The translations under genes and the position numbers were made by a program. From Deltaproteobacteria bacterium (lineage in GTDB: Bacteria > Desulfobacterota > BSN033 > UBA1163), in the NCBI GenBank assembly GCA_020059605.1, contig JAGVBT010000049.1, positions 45,120-109,119 on the forward strand: a stretch of DNA of 64,000 nucleotides, written 5' to 3'. This document shows positions 10,279-19,547 of this stretch, piece after piece. A model generated the notes under the pieces. The model saw only the letters and a list, made by a program, of their open reading frames with translations. It was not told the origin of the DNA and did not search any database. How positions within the stretch are numbered: position 1 is the first letter of the stretch; each line of letters opens with the position of its first letter.

Positions 10279-11325
10279 ATGAAATTCAAAACCATCGAAT
10301 GGAAAGGCGACCGCGTGAGGATCCTCGACCAGAGGAGACTCCCTGGCTTGGTCCGGCATATTGACTGCAACACCGCTTCCTCCGTAGCAAAAGCGATCCG
10401 GGAAATGGCCATCCGGGGCGCGCCTGCAATCGGAGTGGCAGCGGCCATGGGAATTGCACTGGCAGGACAAAAGATTCGGACGGATCGCCCGGCTCTGTTT
10501 TTAAAGGAGGTAGACAAGGTCTGCCGCCAGATGGGACAGACCAGACCCACCGCCGTCAACCTTTTCTGGGCCATCCGGCGGATGCGGAGCGTATTGGGCA
10601 GGTCTGCCCAGGGTATTAAAGAATTGAGAGCAGAATTAATAAAAGAGGCCCTCGCCATCTACCGGGAGGACATAGAAGTAAACCGAAGCATTGGGGAGAA
10701 AGGTCAGAATCTCATCAAGGACGGAGCAGGCATCCTTACCCACTGCAATGCGGGAGCCTTGGCCACCGCAGGATACGGGACGGCGCTTGGCGTGATGTAT
10801 GCGGCGAGAGACCAGGGAAAGCGATTCCATGTCTTTGTGGATGAGACCCGGCCACTGCTTCAGGGTTGCCGGCTGACGGCCTGGGAGCTGGTCCAGGAGA
10901 AGATTCCGGCGACGGTAATTACGGACAATATGGCCGGAGTTTTGATGGCCAGTGGAAAGATCGATCTTGTCATCGTCGGAGCGGACAGGATCGCCCGAAA
11001 CGGCGATACGGCCAATAAGATCGGAACTTACGGTCTTGCCGTTCTCTCGAAATGGCACGGCATTCCATTGTATGTGGCTGCGCCCATCTCGACGATTGAT
11101 TTCGGTCTCGATTCCGGAACCGAAATTCCCATTGAAGAGAGGGGAGGGGATGAGGTCACCCATATTGGCGGCAAACGAATCGCTCCAACAGGGATTAAGG
11201 TATTTAATCCCGCTTTTGATGTCACCCCCCATTCACTGATAGCGGGGATCATTACCGAGAAGGGGATTATTCGGCCCCCCTTCAATAAGAGCATAATACG
11301 GGACGTTGGTTCTAAAGCAACTTAA
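10279..11325 (+). CDS. mtnA: S-methyl-5-thioribose-1-phosphate isomerase (eIF-2B alpha/beta/delta family)
   Basis: MKFKTIEWKGDRVRILDQRRLP N-terminus and a GADRIARNGDTANKIGTY core, typical of MtnA. Confidence 0.85.
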   Translation: MKFKTIEWKGDRVRILDQRRLPGLVRHIDCNTASSVAKAIREMAIRGAPAIGVAAAMGIALAGQKIRTDRPALFLKEVDKVCRQMGQTRPTAVNLFWAIRRMRSVLGRSAQGIKELRAELIKEALAIYREDIEVNRSIGEKGQNLIKDGAGILTHCNAGALATAGYGTALGVMYAARDQGKRFHVFVDETRPLLQGCRLTAWELVQEKIPATVITDNMAGVLMASGKIDLVIVGADRIARNGDTANKIGTYGLAVLSKWHGIPLYVAAPISTIDFGLDSGTEIPIEERGGDEVTHIGGKRIAPTGIKVFNPAFDVTPHSLIAGIITEKGIIRPPFNKSIIRDVGSKAT

Positions 11326-11445
11326 GAAAATGTATTACCCCAATTGAGTGAAAAAAAATTCCTTTATTTTTTTCACTGATGGTTGGGCCACTATCGAGTT
11401 TTTGGAATCACATTTTAAAATTCCCCTCATTTATCGGGAGTAAAA

Positions 11446-12384
11446 ATGGTGGGGTTGAAAAAGTCTTCAAAGATTAATCCAGAGAAGAAAACAAAAAAAA
11501 TGATGGAATGGAGGACGCATCCCCTGAGCGCAGCGGAAGGGAGGGGGAAAAAAGAGTTATTCAACTTAGTCAACAACGTCCCCACCTGCGTACGGATTGT
11601 TACACTGCTTACCGATTTCGGGGCAAAAGACCACTATGTGGCCTCGATCAAGGGGGCGATCCTTTGCGTGAATCCACGATGTACCATCGTGGACATTTCC
11701 AACGAAGTGAAACCACAGGACATCCGGGAGGGGGCTTTCATTCTTGCCGGCGCCTTTCATTTTTTTCCCGAAAGAACGATACATCTTGGCGTGGTGGATC
11801 CGGGAGTCGGAGGCCCGAGAAGGCCGATCCTTATTGAAACAGAGAATTACTTCTTTGTGGGGCCAGACAATGGCCTTTTGAGCGTTGCTTCCAGGCAGGA
11901 TGGGATCAAGGAGATTTTTACCCTCACGGAATCACGTTTCTTCAGGCCAGAGGTTAGCCAGACTTTTCACGGAAGGGATCTCTTTGGGCCGGTGGCAGGC
12001 CACCTGGCCCTCGGAGTCCGGCCTAAAGCTTTTGGGAAAAGGATCGATTCCCTCATTGAGATTGATTCGAAGAAACCGGAGGTAAAAGGGGGAACGATGA
12101 CCGGTGAGGTTCTTCACATCGACCGGTTTGGGAACCTCATTACGAATATTATCGAAAAAGAGTTTTATCATTTTGTGGGGAACCGGGCCTTTCAAGTTTG
12201 GGCAGGAAATAGAACCATAAATGGTTTAAAAAAAGGATACTGGGAGGGCAAAAGAGGCGAAGTAATCGCCCTCATAGGAAGCGGAGGTTTTTTGGAAATT
12301 GCTGTTAGGGAAGGGAGCGCCGGGAAGAGGCTGAAGTTGAAGAGGGGAGATCAAATCAGTATATCAGTAACCAGTGGTCAGTAA
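11446..12384 (+). CDS. SAM hydroxide adenosyltransferase (DUF62, SalL/FlA-like fold)
   Basis: Conserved core IVTLLTDFGAKDHYVASIKG ... VVDPGVGG ... HGRDLFGPVAG. The N-terminal ~50 aa look like an extension; the true start is possibly the ATG pair at about 11499. Confidence 0.7.
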   Translation: MVGLKKSSKINPEKKTKKMMEWRTHPLSAAEGRGKKELFNLVNNVPTCVRIVTLLTDFGAKDHYVASIKGAILCVNPRCTIVDISNEVKPQDIREGAFILAGAFHFFPERTIHLGVVDPGVGGPRRPILIETENYFFVGPDNGLLSVASRQDGIKEIFTLTESRFFRPEVSQTFHGRDLFGPVAGHLALGVRPKAFGKRIDSLIEIDSKKPEVKGGTMTGEVLHIDRFGNLITNIIEKEFYHFVGNRAFQVWAGNRTINGLKKGYWEGKRGEVIALIGSGGFLEIAVREGSAGKRLKLKRGDQISISVTSGQ

Positions 12385-12416
12385 TCAGTGACCAGTTAAC
12401 GTCTTGGGGTGATCAA

Positions 12417-13559
12417 TTGATTTCAAAAAAAGCACGGGAGATTCCACCGTTTATTGTGATGGATGTTCTGGAAAGGGCGCAGGAACTGGAGAGAAAAGGC
12501 GAACAGATCATCCATCTCGAAGTGGGGGAACCGGATTTTGATACCCCGGAATGCATCAACGAGGCAGGCTACCGGGCGATCTGCGACGGCAAGACCCATT
12601 ACACCCACAGCATGGGACTGATCGAGTTGAGAGAGGCGATTGCGGAGGATTACTGGAATAAGTATCGTGTCAGGATTTCGCCGGACCAGATCCTTGTGGC
12701 CTCGGGAACCTCACCGGCCATGCTTCTCCTTTTTTCCACCTTGCTCGATGAAGGAGACCGGGTCATTCTCTCCAACCCCTATTACCCGTGCTATCCCAAT
12801 ATCATCCGCTTTGTGGGCGGGACGCCCGTGTTTGTGGAGGTTTTAGAGAAGGAGGGTTTTCAGTATCTTCCCGAGATGATCGAGGAGAAGTTGAGTCCGG
12901 AGGTCAAAGCGATCATGATCAATTCTCCCGCCAACCCCACCGGCAACATCATGTCCAGGGTGAGGATGGAGAGGATCGCCCAGTTTTCCCCGTATATCGT
13001 TTCCGACGAAATCTACCACGGCCTGGTCTACGAGGGAAAAGAACACTCGATCCTTGAATTCACGGACCGGGCGTTTGTCATCAATGGTTTCTCTAAACTC
13101 TATGCGATGACCGGTTGGAGGCTGGGATACCTGATTGCCCCCAAGGAATTTATCCGGCCCATGCAGAAGATTCAGCAGAACCTCTTCATCTCCGCGAGTT
13201 CATTTTCCCAATGGGCGGCACTGGCCGGTCTCCGGCAGGGGGAGAAGGAGGTTCGGAAGATGGTTGAGACCTATGACCGGAGGCGGCGATACCTGATTCC
13301 GAGGTTGAGAGAATTGGGGTTCGGAATAACGGTGGAACCCACAGGGGCCTTCTACGTGCTGGCCAACGCCAGGCGATTTTCAACGGACTCCTACCGGCTG
13401 GCCTTCGATATTCTGCAGGAGGCAAAGGTCGGTGTTGCACCGGGCATCGATTTCGGCTCAAACGCCGAGGGATACCTCCGGTTCTGTTACGCCAATTCCA
13501 TGGAAAATATCATGGAAGGGATGAACCGCCTGGAACGGTATCTGAAACGTTCTAAGTAA
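12417..13559 (+). CDS. pyridoxal-phosphate-dependent aminotransferase, class I/II (aspartate/aromatic aminotransferase family)
   Basis: GEPDFDTP ... NPANPTG ... SKLYAMTGWRLGY (PLP-lysine region). 380 aa. TTG start. Confidence 0.8.
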   Translation: MISKKAREIPPFIVMDVLERAQELERKGEQIIHLEVGEPDFDTPECINEAGYRAICDGKTHYTHSMGLIELREAIAEDYWNKYRVRISPDQILVASGTSPAMLLLFSTLLDEGDRVILSNPYYPCYPNIIRFVGGTPVFVEVLEKEGFQYLPEMIEEKLSPEVKAIMINSPANPTGNIMSRVRMERIAQFSPYIVSDEIYHGLVYEGKEHSILEFTDRAFVINGFSKLYAMTGWRLGYLIAPKEFIRPMQKIQQNLFISASSFSQWAALAGLRQGEKEVRKMVETYDRRRRYLIPRLRELGFGITVEPTGAFYVLANARRFSTDSYRLAFDILQEAKVGVAPGIDFGSNAEGYLRFCYANSMENIMEGMNRLERYLKRSK

Positions 13560-13703
13560 ATGAATCAGGCAAAGGGCAGGGGTGCCTAAAGTCCAAAATA
13601 AGAAATCCCGATTTCCAAATTCAACTTGAGCAAATAACGGCATGGGTTTTCTAACGAGGTCAATCAAAAAGCTCCGAACTAAAAACTCCAAACTCCGAAC
13701 TTA

Positions 13704-15458
13704 TCAGGGTGCGAAATGTTCGATCCGGCCGTTTTTGACTCTCAGGATGGAGAGGATCCGAATGGCTTTTCCGTCCTCTCCGAATCCCTTTAACCCTGAG
13801 ACTCCCTGATAGGGATGGAACTTCCGCAGTTCGTTCTTCAACCCGCTGGGAGAGGCGGGCGCCCGGGATTGAAGGACTTCCTTCAAGAATTTTGCTCCAT
13901 CGTATGCGATGGCTTCGAGGGTCTCGGGCGGACGCGTGAACTCTTTCTGAAACTCGTCGACGAAATGCTTTACGGAAGGATTTTTTGAAAAGGCGTCCAC
14001 AAAAATGGCGCCTTCCGCTCCCTTTCCACCAAGGGCGAGGAGTCCGGGGCCATTCCAGGCATTTGCGCCGAGAAAGGTCGTTCCCCTGATATCGTAATAA
14101 GCGATCTGGGAAAGAATCGCTCCCACACGGTCATGGGAATCCGGGATAAAGAGCCCGTCCACAGAGAGACCCTGTATGAACTCTTCCTCCTGTTTCTTTG
14201 CTCCAGCTGGTTTCGAGAGGCTTTCCACTTTAAAGAACCCTTTGATCTCCTGGCGGAAATCGGTCTGTTCTTCCTGGTAGACAACGGTGCCCAGCACTCT
14301 GCCGCCCGCCCGGGCAACCTCTTGATTAAAAAGTGTCCTGAACTGATATCCATAGGGGGAAGCGGGATGAAAAACGGCAAACGTGCGAAGCTCCAACTCC
14401 CTGACGGCAAAGGACACCAGCGTCCGAACCTGCTCCTGCGGGGTAAGGGAATTCTGAAAGAAAAACTCTCCCCTTCCGGAAGAGGGCTCTTTCTGAGAGA
14501 GGCTAAGGAGGGGAACGTTGAGTTGCTGGGCTTTTTTTGAGGCCCTGTCCACGGTGTGGCTGAGAAGAGGACCGATGATCGCAATCACTTTCTCTCCTTT
14601 TACCAGTTCATCCATCACCTTTTCAATCTCGGAAGGGCTTCCCTTCGAGTCTCGAACCACCAGGGAGATTATCTGGCCTCTGTCCTTTGATTGCCCATCT
14701 TTGATGGCCAGCCGGATCCCCTGAAGCGCCTTTTCTCCGAAGGGGGCATAGATTCCGCTCAAAGGAAGGATCACTCCCACCGAATATTTTGCTTTCGAGG
14801 GAAGGGGACTCAATTCAGGCAACTCTTTTAATAAAGGCCCGTAATCTATTCCCCGGTACTCTTTTTCCAGCTCGTCTAACAGGCTCCTTGCAAGGAGATC
14901 CTGCCCGCGGTTTTTTGCCATCCGGGCCAATCTTAGTTTCGCATAACCCCCGGCATAGGCGCCCCGGTGAAGGGATTCGATCCGTTTCAATTCCTCTTCC
15001 GTCTCGACCGCATCGATGACGGACCGGATCTTCTTTTTCAATTCTTCCTGGGGTTGCCCCCTGACGAGGAGGCTTTTCCCGTACCATAGCAAGGCATTTG
15101 CAGGATCCTTCAATTCGAGGTGGTTGTCTCCGAGGAGGGTAAAGAGTTGAAACATTCGGGGAGGGGCGGGCAGAGAGGAAAGCAGGTCATTGAGAATCCG
15201 TACCGCATCCCTGGGCCTTTTGAGTTCCGTATAGCAGAGGGCCATTCTGAAGCGGGCCTCATGGAAGAGAGGGCTCCGGGGATATTCGTCCGTCAGCTTC
15301 TTGAACCGCCATAGTGCCTTCTGTATCTCTCCCTTGGAGAATAAGGTTTCGGCCTCCCGGAAGAGAAGCGAATCCTCCGAAGTTGAAGGTTTGGGCTGGG
15401 ATAGAACCGTGCAATGAATGGAAAAGGAGAGGAAAAGGAGACAGAGAATGATTTTCAT
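13704..15458 (-). CDS. LpoA-like lipoprotein: N-terminal TPR region fused to a periplasmic type-1 (Leu/Ile/Val-binding-like) ligand-binding domain
   Basis: Signal peptide MKIILCLLFLSFSIHC. TPR-like helices are followed by a VGVILPLSGIYAPFGEKALQGIRLA PBP1 fold. The ORF track starts at 15542, but the internal Met at 15458 gives a clean signal peptide and avoids overlap with hpt. Confidence 0.5.
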   Translation of the reverse strand: MKIILCLLFLSFSIHCTVLSQPKPSTSEDSLLFREAETLFSKGEIQKALWRFKKLTDEYPRSPLFHEARFRMALCYTELKRPRDAVRILNDLLSSLPAPPRMFQLFTLLGDNHLELKDPANALLWYGKSLLVRGQPQEELKKKIRSVIDAVETEEELKRIESLHRGAYAGGYAKLRLARMAKNRGQDLLARSLLDELEKEYRGIDYGPLLKELPELSPLPSKAKYSVGVILPLSGIYAPFGEKALQGIRLAIKDGQSKDRGQIISLVVRDSKGSPSEIEKVMDELVKGEKVIAIIGPLLSHTVDRASKKAQQLNVPLLSLSQKEPSSGRGEFFFQNSLTPQEQVRTLVSFAVRELELRTFAVFHPASPYGYQFRTLFNQEVARAGGRVLGTVVYQEEQTDFRQEIKGFFKVESLSKPAGAKKQEEEFIQGLSVDGLFIPDSHDRVGAILSQIAYYDIRGTTFLGANAWNGPGLLALGGKGAEGAIFVDAFSKNPSVKHFVDEFQKEFTRPPETLEAIAYDGAKFLKEVLQSRAPASPSGLKNELRKFHPYQGVSGLKGFGEDGKAIRILSILRVKNGRIEHFAP

Positions 15459-15471
15459 CCCCCCGTCTCTC

Positions 15472-16005
15472 TTACTGCGCGTCGGGTGTGACATAATAGA
15501 TTTCCGGGAGGTGACGGTAGCCCTCATTGAAGTCGATTCCATAACCTACGATAAAGACATCCTCGATCTCTTTCCCGAGATAGTCGGCTTCAATTTCGAC
15601 TTCCCGACGGGCTTTCTTATCAAGGAGGGCGCAGATTTTGATAGAATGGGGATTCGAAAGAGCCAGCCGTTCTTTCAGAAACTGGAGCGTCCGGCCGCTA
15701 TCGACGATATCTTCCACGATGAGCACATCTTTCCCCTCGACGGGAGTTTCGATATCCTTGGTAATCTCCACCAGGCCGGAACTCTTCATGCCGGCGCCAT
15801 AACTAGCCAGCCTGACGAAATCGACCTTAACCGGGATCCGGAGACGGCGGATCAGGTCTGAGAGAAACATGAAGGCGCCTTTCAGAATACAGACCAAGAC
15901 AAGTTCCTTTCCCGTATAGTCCCGGGAAATTTGGTCCGCCAGTTTTTCTACGATCGAAGCAATTTCCTCCGAGGTCATCAAACGATTCAAGCGGGGTTTG
16001 TCCAT
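15472..16005 (-). CDS. hpt: hypoxanthine phosphoribosyltransferase
   Basis: PRPP-binding motif VLIVEDIVDSGRTL and the KELVLVCILKGAFMF hood region. 177 aa. Confidence 0.85.
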   Translation of the reverse strand: MDKPRLNRLMTSEEIASIVEKLADQISRDYTGKELVLVCILKGAFMFLSDLIRRLRIPVKVDFVRLASYGAGMKSSGLVEITKDIETPVEGKDVLIVEDIVDSGRTLQFLKERLALSNPHSIKICALLDKKARREVEIEADYLGKEIEDVFIVGYGIDFNEGYRHLPEIYYVTPDAQ

Positions 16006-16047
16006 AGGATTGAATTATAAAAGATTTCGTTTCATGCTAACGGTAAC

Positions 16048-16084
16048 GATGCCCGTATCGTTAATAGAAGGTCACGTTTTTCGT
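16048..16084. repeat. dispersed intergenic repeat, copy 1 (GATGCCCGTATCGTTAATAGAAGGTCACGTTTTTCG)
   Basis: About 32/36 identical to a second copy at 37595-37630. It lies in the hpt-MBL spacer together with related GTAACCGTAACCG / GCTTCGTAACCGTAG motifs. Confidence 0.6.
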
Positions 16085-16221
16085 GTTTAATTCTTTGAAT
16101 CGTAACCGTAACCGATAACCAAATGCCTGCCTGCGCGAAGCCGCTTCGGCGAAGGAAGGGGCTTCGTAACCGTAGATTTAGCCCAAGCAGCCGAAGTATT
16201 TTATGGCTTGGACATCGACCC

Positions 16222-16878
16222 TTACAGCGCATGTTCCAGGACGACGATCTCCGCCTTTCCGGGAAGCGAGGTTTTATCGAAGACTGTCTCGCTGGCGCCG
16301 GCCTTTTTTACAATGGTTTTTCCGGAGAGGAACTCTTCCACCGGTGCAATCGGAAATCCGCATTTATTTGTTTTAAAATGCATGGGGATGACCACTTTGG
16401 GTTTGATCTGATCCAGGACACGGGTCGCCTCTTTGGCATCGATCGTAAAATATCCGCCGACAGGGATGAGCAGGATGTCGACGGGCCCGATCTCGTTTAC
16501 CTCCTTTTCGCTCAGAACATGCCCCAGGTCTCCCAGATGGCAAAGCTGCATCCCATCTACGGAGAGCACGAAAATCGTATTTTCTCCCCGTTCACTTCCT
16601 TTAGATGGATCGTGGTAGGTGGGGACCCCCTTGATGGAAATGCCTTTCACGGTCTTAGAACCGCTTCCTCTAACCACCTGGGGCGATCCGGGCAAGCTCT
16701 TCGTATCGTTATGATCCGCATGATCGTGACTGGTAAGCGCCAGATCGACCTGGTCCTTGATCTTTCCATAGGCGAGCTGGCCTCCATAGGCACCGGACTC
16801 ATAGGGATCGAGAATGATCTTTACCCCCTGATCGGTCGTGACCAGGAAGGCCGCATGACCGTACCATTTAATCTTCAT
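16222..16878 (-). CDS. MBL-fold metallo-hydrolase
   Basis: HxHxDH zinc motif (SHDHADHND) with downstream His/Asp ligands. 218 aa. Confidence 0.7.
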   Translation of the reverse strand: MKIKWYGHAAFLVTTDQGVKIILDPYESGAYGGQLAYGKIKDQVDLALTSHDHADHNDTKSLPGSPQVVRGSGSKTVKGISIKGVPTYHDPSKGSERGENTIFVLSVDGMQLCHLGDLGHVLSEKEVNEIGPVDILLIPVGGYFTIDAKEATRVLDQIKPKVVIPMHFKTNKCGFPIAPVEEFLSGKTIVKKAGASETVFDKTSLPGKAEIVVLEHAL

Positions 16879-16929
16879 CGTTGCCTCCTTATGATTAGAC
16901 GTTGAACAATGAACGATGGACGATGAACC

Positions 16930-17238
16930 TTATTTTTTCTTTAGTTTGACCTCAACCGCCTTCTTTTTGCCCACCATCGTCCCTTTCTTGTCCCGCCGGT
17001 CGTCAATCCGGATGGTGGTCAGAACCCGGTTGACCCCTTTTTTGAAGGGGGTCTCGTGCATCTTCATGACTACGCGCAAAAGATCCTTCAGGTCACCTTC
17101 AAGATTCGAACCCATCGAGGTAAGCTCATGCTTGATCTTCTTCTCTTTCTGTAAAATTCTTACGCACTCGGCCACATAAGCGCTGAGGCTTGTCCCCGGT
17201 GTTCCGATCGGGACCACGCTGACATCCAGAATCGCCAT
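16930..17238 (-). CDS. MTH1187/YkoF-family (DUF77) thiamine-binding-like protein
   Basis: MAILDVSVVPIGTPGTSLSAYVAECVRIL ... MGSNLEGDL ... RVLTTIRIDDRRDK matches the family pattern. The internal Met at 17238 was chosen over the ORF-track start at 17286. Confidence 0.65.
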   Translation of the reverse strand: MAILDVSVVPIGTPGTSLSAYVAECVRILQKEKKIKHELTSMGSNLEGDLKDLLRVVMKMHETPFKKGVNRVLTTIRIDDRRDKKGTMVGKKKAVEVKLKKK

Positions 17239-17430
17239 AATGTTCCTCCCTTTTCTGAAATTTCGTTTTCTCCATTCCCCCCTCACCTTTTTCCTCTCCC
17301 CCTTTTTTGAGGGAGAGGATAGGGGAAGGGGTGTGATTAATTTTTACCACCGGGTGGCTTTGTTGTCAACGGCAATGAACAAAAAGACTTCCTTTTTTCT
17401 GCAGGATGTTGTATAAAGAAATTAAATGAC

Positions 17431-18159
17431 ATGAATCCTTCACAGGAGATTTCAATCTTCATCGCATTTACTGCAGGGATTCTCTCTTTTGTCTCGCCCT
17501 GTGTACTCCCCCTTGTTCCCTCCTATATCACCTATATCACAGGAGTTTCTTTCAAAGAGTTCACCGACGCCAACATAAGGCCCCGAATCAGGTGGGCCAC
17601 AATGCTGCATTCCACTCTTTTTATCTCGGGGTTTTCAACGGTCTTTATCCTGATGGGCGCATCGGCCTCTTATCTGGGACAGGTATTGATCGAATATCAA
17701 TCCTGGATTATGAAGGGAGGGGGGGTGCTCATTATCATCCTGGGAATTCATTTCACCGGGATCATCAACCTCCCATTCTTGCAGATGGAGAAACGCTTTG
17801 AATTGAGAAAGAAACCCCTGGGCTATCTGGGGTCTTTTCTCGTGGGGGTCGTCTTTGCAGCCGGGTGGACCCCCTGTATCGGTCCCATCCTTTCGACGAT
17901 CCTCATCTATGCCAGCACATCAAAAGATTCCACGACCGGCGTCTATCTGTTAACGGTCTACTCCATGGGACTTGGAATTCCCTTCTTTCTTTCCTCCCTG
18001 GCCTTGAGCACTTTTCTTTCAGCCTTCGAAAGAATAAAGCGGCATATGAGGTGGATTACTTTGATCAGCGGGATTTTTTTGATCCTGATCGGGATCCTCT
18101 TTTTGACCGATACCTTCCGCGAAGTCAACGCCTTTTTCAACCGGCTCGCCAATCCCTGA
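17431..18159 (+). CDS. ccdA: cytochrome c biogenesis thiol-disulfide transporter CcdA (DsbD-family transmembrane core)
   Basis: Paired Cys in TM1 (FVSPCVLPLVPSYI) and a later TPCIGP. Six TM helices. 242 aa. Confidence 0.8.
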   Translation: MNPSQEISIFIAFTAGILSFVSPCVLPLVPSYITYITGVSFKEFTDANIRPRIRWATMLHSTLFISGFSTVFILMGASASYLGQVLIEYQSWIMKGGGVLIIILGIHFTGIINLPFLQMEKRFELRKKPLGYLGSFLVGVVFAAGWTPCIGPILSTILIYASTSKDSTTGVYLLTVYSMGLGIPFFLSSLALSTFLSAFERIKRHMRWITLISGIFLILIGILFLTDTFREVNAFFNRLANP

Positions 18160-18173
18160 AAAAATCGAAGAGC

Positions 18174-18205
18174 ATCGTTAAACTAACGCTTTTTATTGCG
18201 CTTGG
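18174..18205 (+). terminator. weak stem-loop plus T-run after ccdA
   Basis: CGTTAaacTAACG followed by CTTTTTATT. The stem is short and AT-rich. Confidence 0.25.
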
Positions 18206-18385
18206 AAGATGAGCGGCGGAAATTAATTTATGACTGATGTTACGTGGAAGAAATATTCCTTTTGACGAGGGAATAAAAAGGAATTCATTTGGGACTTTTA
18301 AGAAAATCCTTTCCGCTTTTTATTTGATTGATCATCATAAAAAACCGCGGGAGGTTTACTTGAATTGTCTCTAACCAATAAGCCG

Positions 18386-18414
18386 TTTACGTCAATTTAT
18401 ATTAACGGTATAAT
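18386..18414 (+). promoter_or_regulatory. candidate sigma70-type promoter (TTTACG-N17-TATAAT) in the 606-bp leader of the cytochrome operon
   Basis: Perfect -10 hexamer TATAAT at 18409-18414 with a 4/6 -35 at 17-nt spacing. A second weaker candidate is TTGACA at 18603. Confidence 0.25.
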
Positions 18415-18765
18415 GGACACAATTTGGTATTAATTTTGCTAATAAATATAAAGATAGGTCCTTAACGAGGGTATACTTCGACGGGCCCGGCACGAAGGGC
18501 CGCAAAATTCAGTTTCGATATCCATAGAATTGCAGACTTTAGTAAATTAATAAAGAATGGGAGGAAGGGTTGAGAGGATTTTGATTTTTTTTCTTTTTTT
18601 TGTTGACATTTATATAGTTTATTTTAAGATAGGCATGAATTCAAGCCAGGACCGCTGGAGTTTTTTGAGTCATAAAAACGAAATCGTAACCTATTTGGGC
18701 AAAAAAGATTAAGGTCTTGTCATTCCCGTGTCGACCGGGGAAAATTAAAAACAGGGGGGAATAAA

Positions 18766-19407
18766 ATGAAAGGTGTAAAACTGTTATGGATTGGATTTGT
18801 TTTTTTTCTGGCCACAGGCCTCATGGTTTCATCCCACCTCAACGGAGTATATGCGGGGTCTATTGTCGGCACAAAACACGATTTAAGCATAAGATCATGG
18901 GGAGCAGGGAGTGGTTCAAATCAAATTTGTATTTTCTGCCATACGCCTCATAATGCCAGGACTGATTTACCCGAAGTGCCCCTGTGGAATCATGGCACAA
19001 CCACAACGAATTTTAATCTCTACACAAGCCCCACACTTGATGCAACAGTAGGTCAACCAAACGGTGCGTCAAAAGCCTGTCTTTCCTGCCATGACGGAAC
19101 CGTTGGATTGGATGTTTTTGGGGAAAAAGCTTCCAGCCCGCATACGATCGGAGCAGGACGGTTTAATTTGGGGACAGACCTTTCAAACGACCATCCCATT
19201 TCTTTTACGTATGATGCCGCCCTGGCCGCCAAAGACAAAGGTTTATATGCACCAGTGGGAGCGGATAAGGTTGTAGAGGGTATTCCCCTCTATTACGGCA
19301 AAATGGAGTGTTCTTCCTGCCACAGCGTTCATGATAATACCAATCAACCTTTCCTTCGCCATACAAATGTTGGGAGCGCACTCTGCTTGAAGTGCCATAT
19401 AAAATAG
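18766..19407 (+). CDS. tetraheme c-type cytochrome (secreted)
   Basis: Signal peptide, then 4 CxxCH motifs (CIFCH, CLSCH, CSSCH, CLKCH) plus 8 further His. Homologous to the N-terminal ~190 aa of the 566-aa cytochrome at 24426. Confidence 0.8.
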   Translation: MKGVKLLWIGFVFFLATGLMVSSHLNGVYAGSIVGTKHDLSIRSWGAGSGSNQICIFCHTPHNARTDLPEVPLWNHGTTTTNFNLYTSPTLDATVGQPNGASKACLSCHDGTVGLDVFGEKASSPHTIGAGRFNLGTDLSNDHPISFTYDAALAAKDKGLYAPVGADKVVEGIPLYYGKMECSSCHSVHDNTNQPFLRHTNVGSALCLKCHIK

Positions 19408-19547
19408 GCTGCGGCAATCTGAATTATAGAGAATTCCCTTCAAACCGGTTCGACGATTTATTCAAATTCTTGGGTGCTTCAAATCCCCCCTCGCCTCTTG
19501 TCACAAGAGAGGGGAGGGGGGATTATTCATTTCGTATCATTTAACAT

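Noticed and set aside
9431-10658. Long antisense or alternative-frame ORFs (9431-10183 -, 9870-10658 -) inside gatB/mtnA. Similar cases are 35400-36419 (-) in thrS, 38103-38816 (-) in pheS, 56234-57154 (+) in the oxidoreductase, and 24183-24851 (-) and 25512-26189 (-) in the cytochrome gene.
   Set aside because: They are Pro/Arg/Gly-rich, low-complexity translations typical of the opposite strand of GC-rich genes. Each is fully embedded in a well-supported conserved gene.
18478-18500. sigma54-like -24/-12 element (cGGCACGaagggccGCA) in the cytochrome leader
   Set aside because: GG-to-GC spacing is one nucleotide longer than the consensus and there is no adjacent enhancer-binding protein gene. 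It is kept only as a weak possibility.
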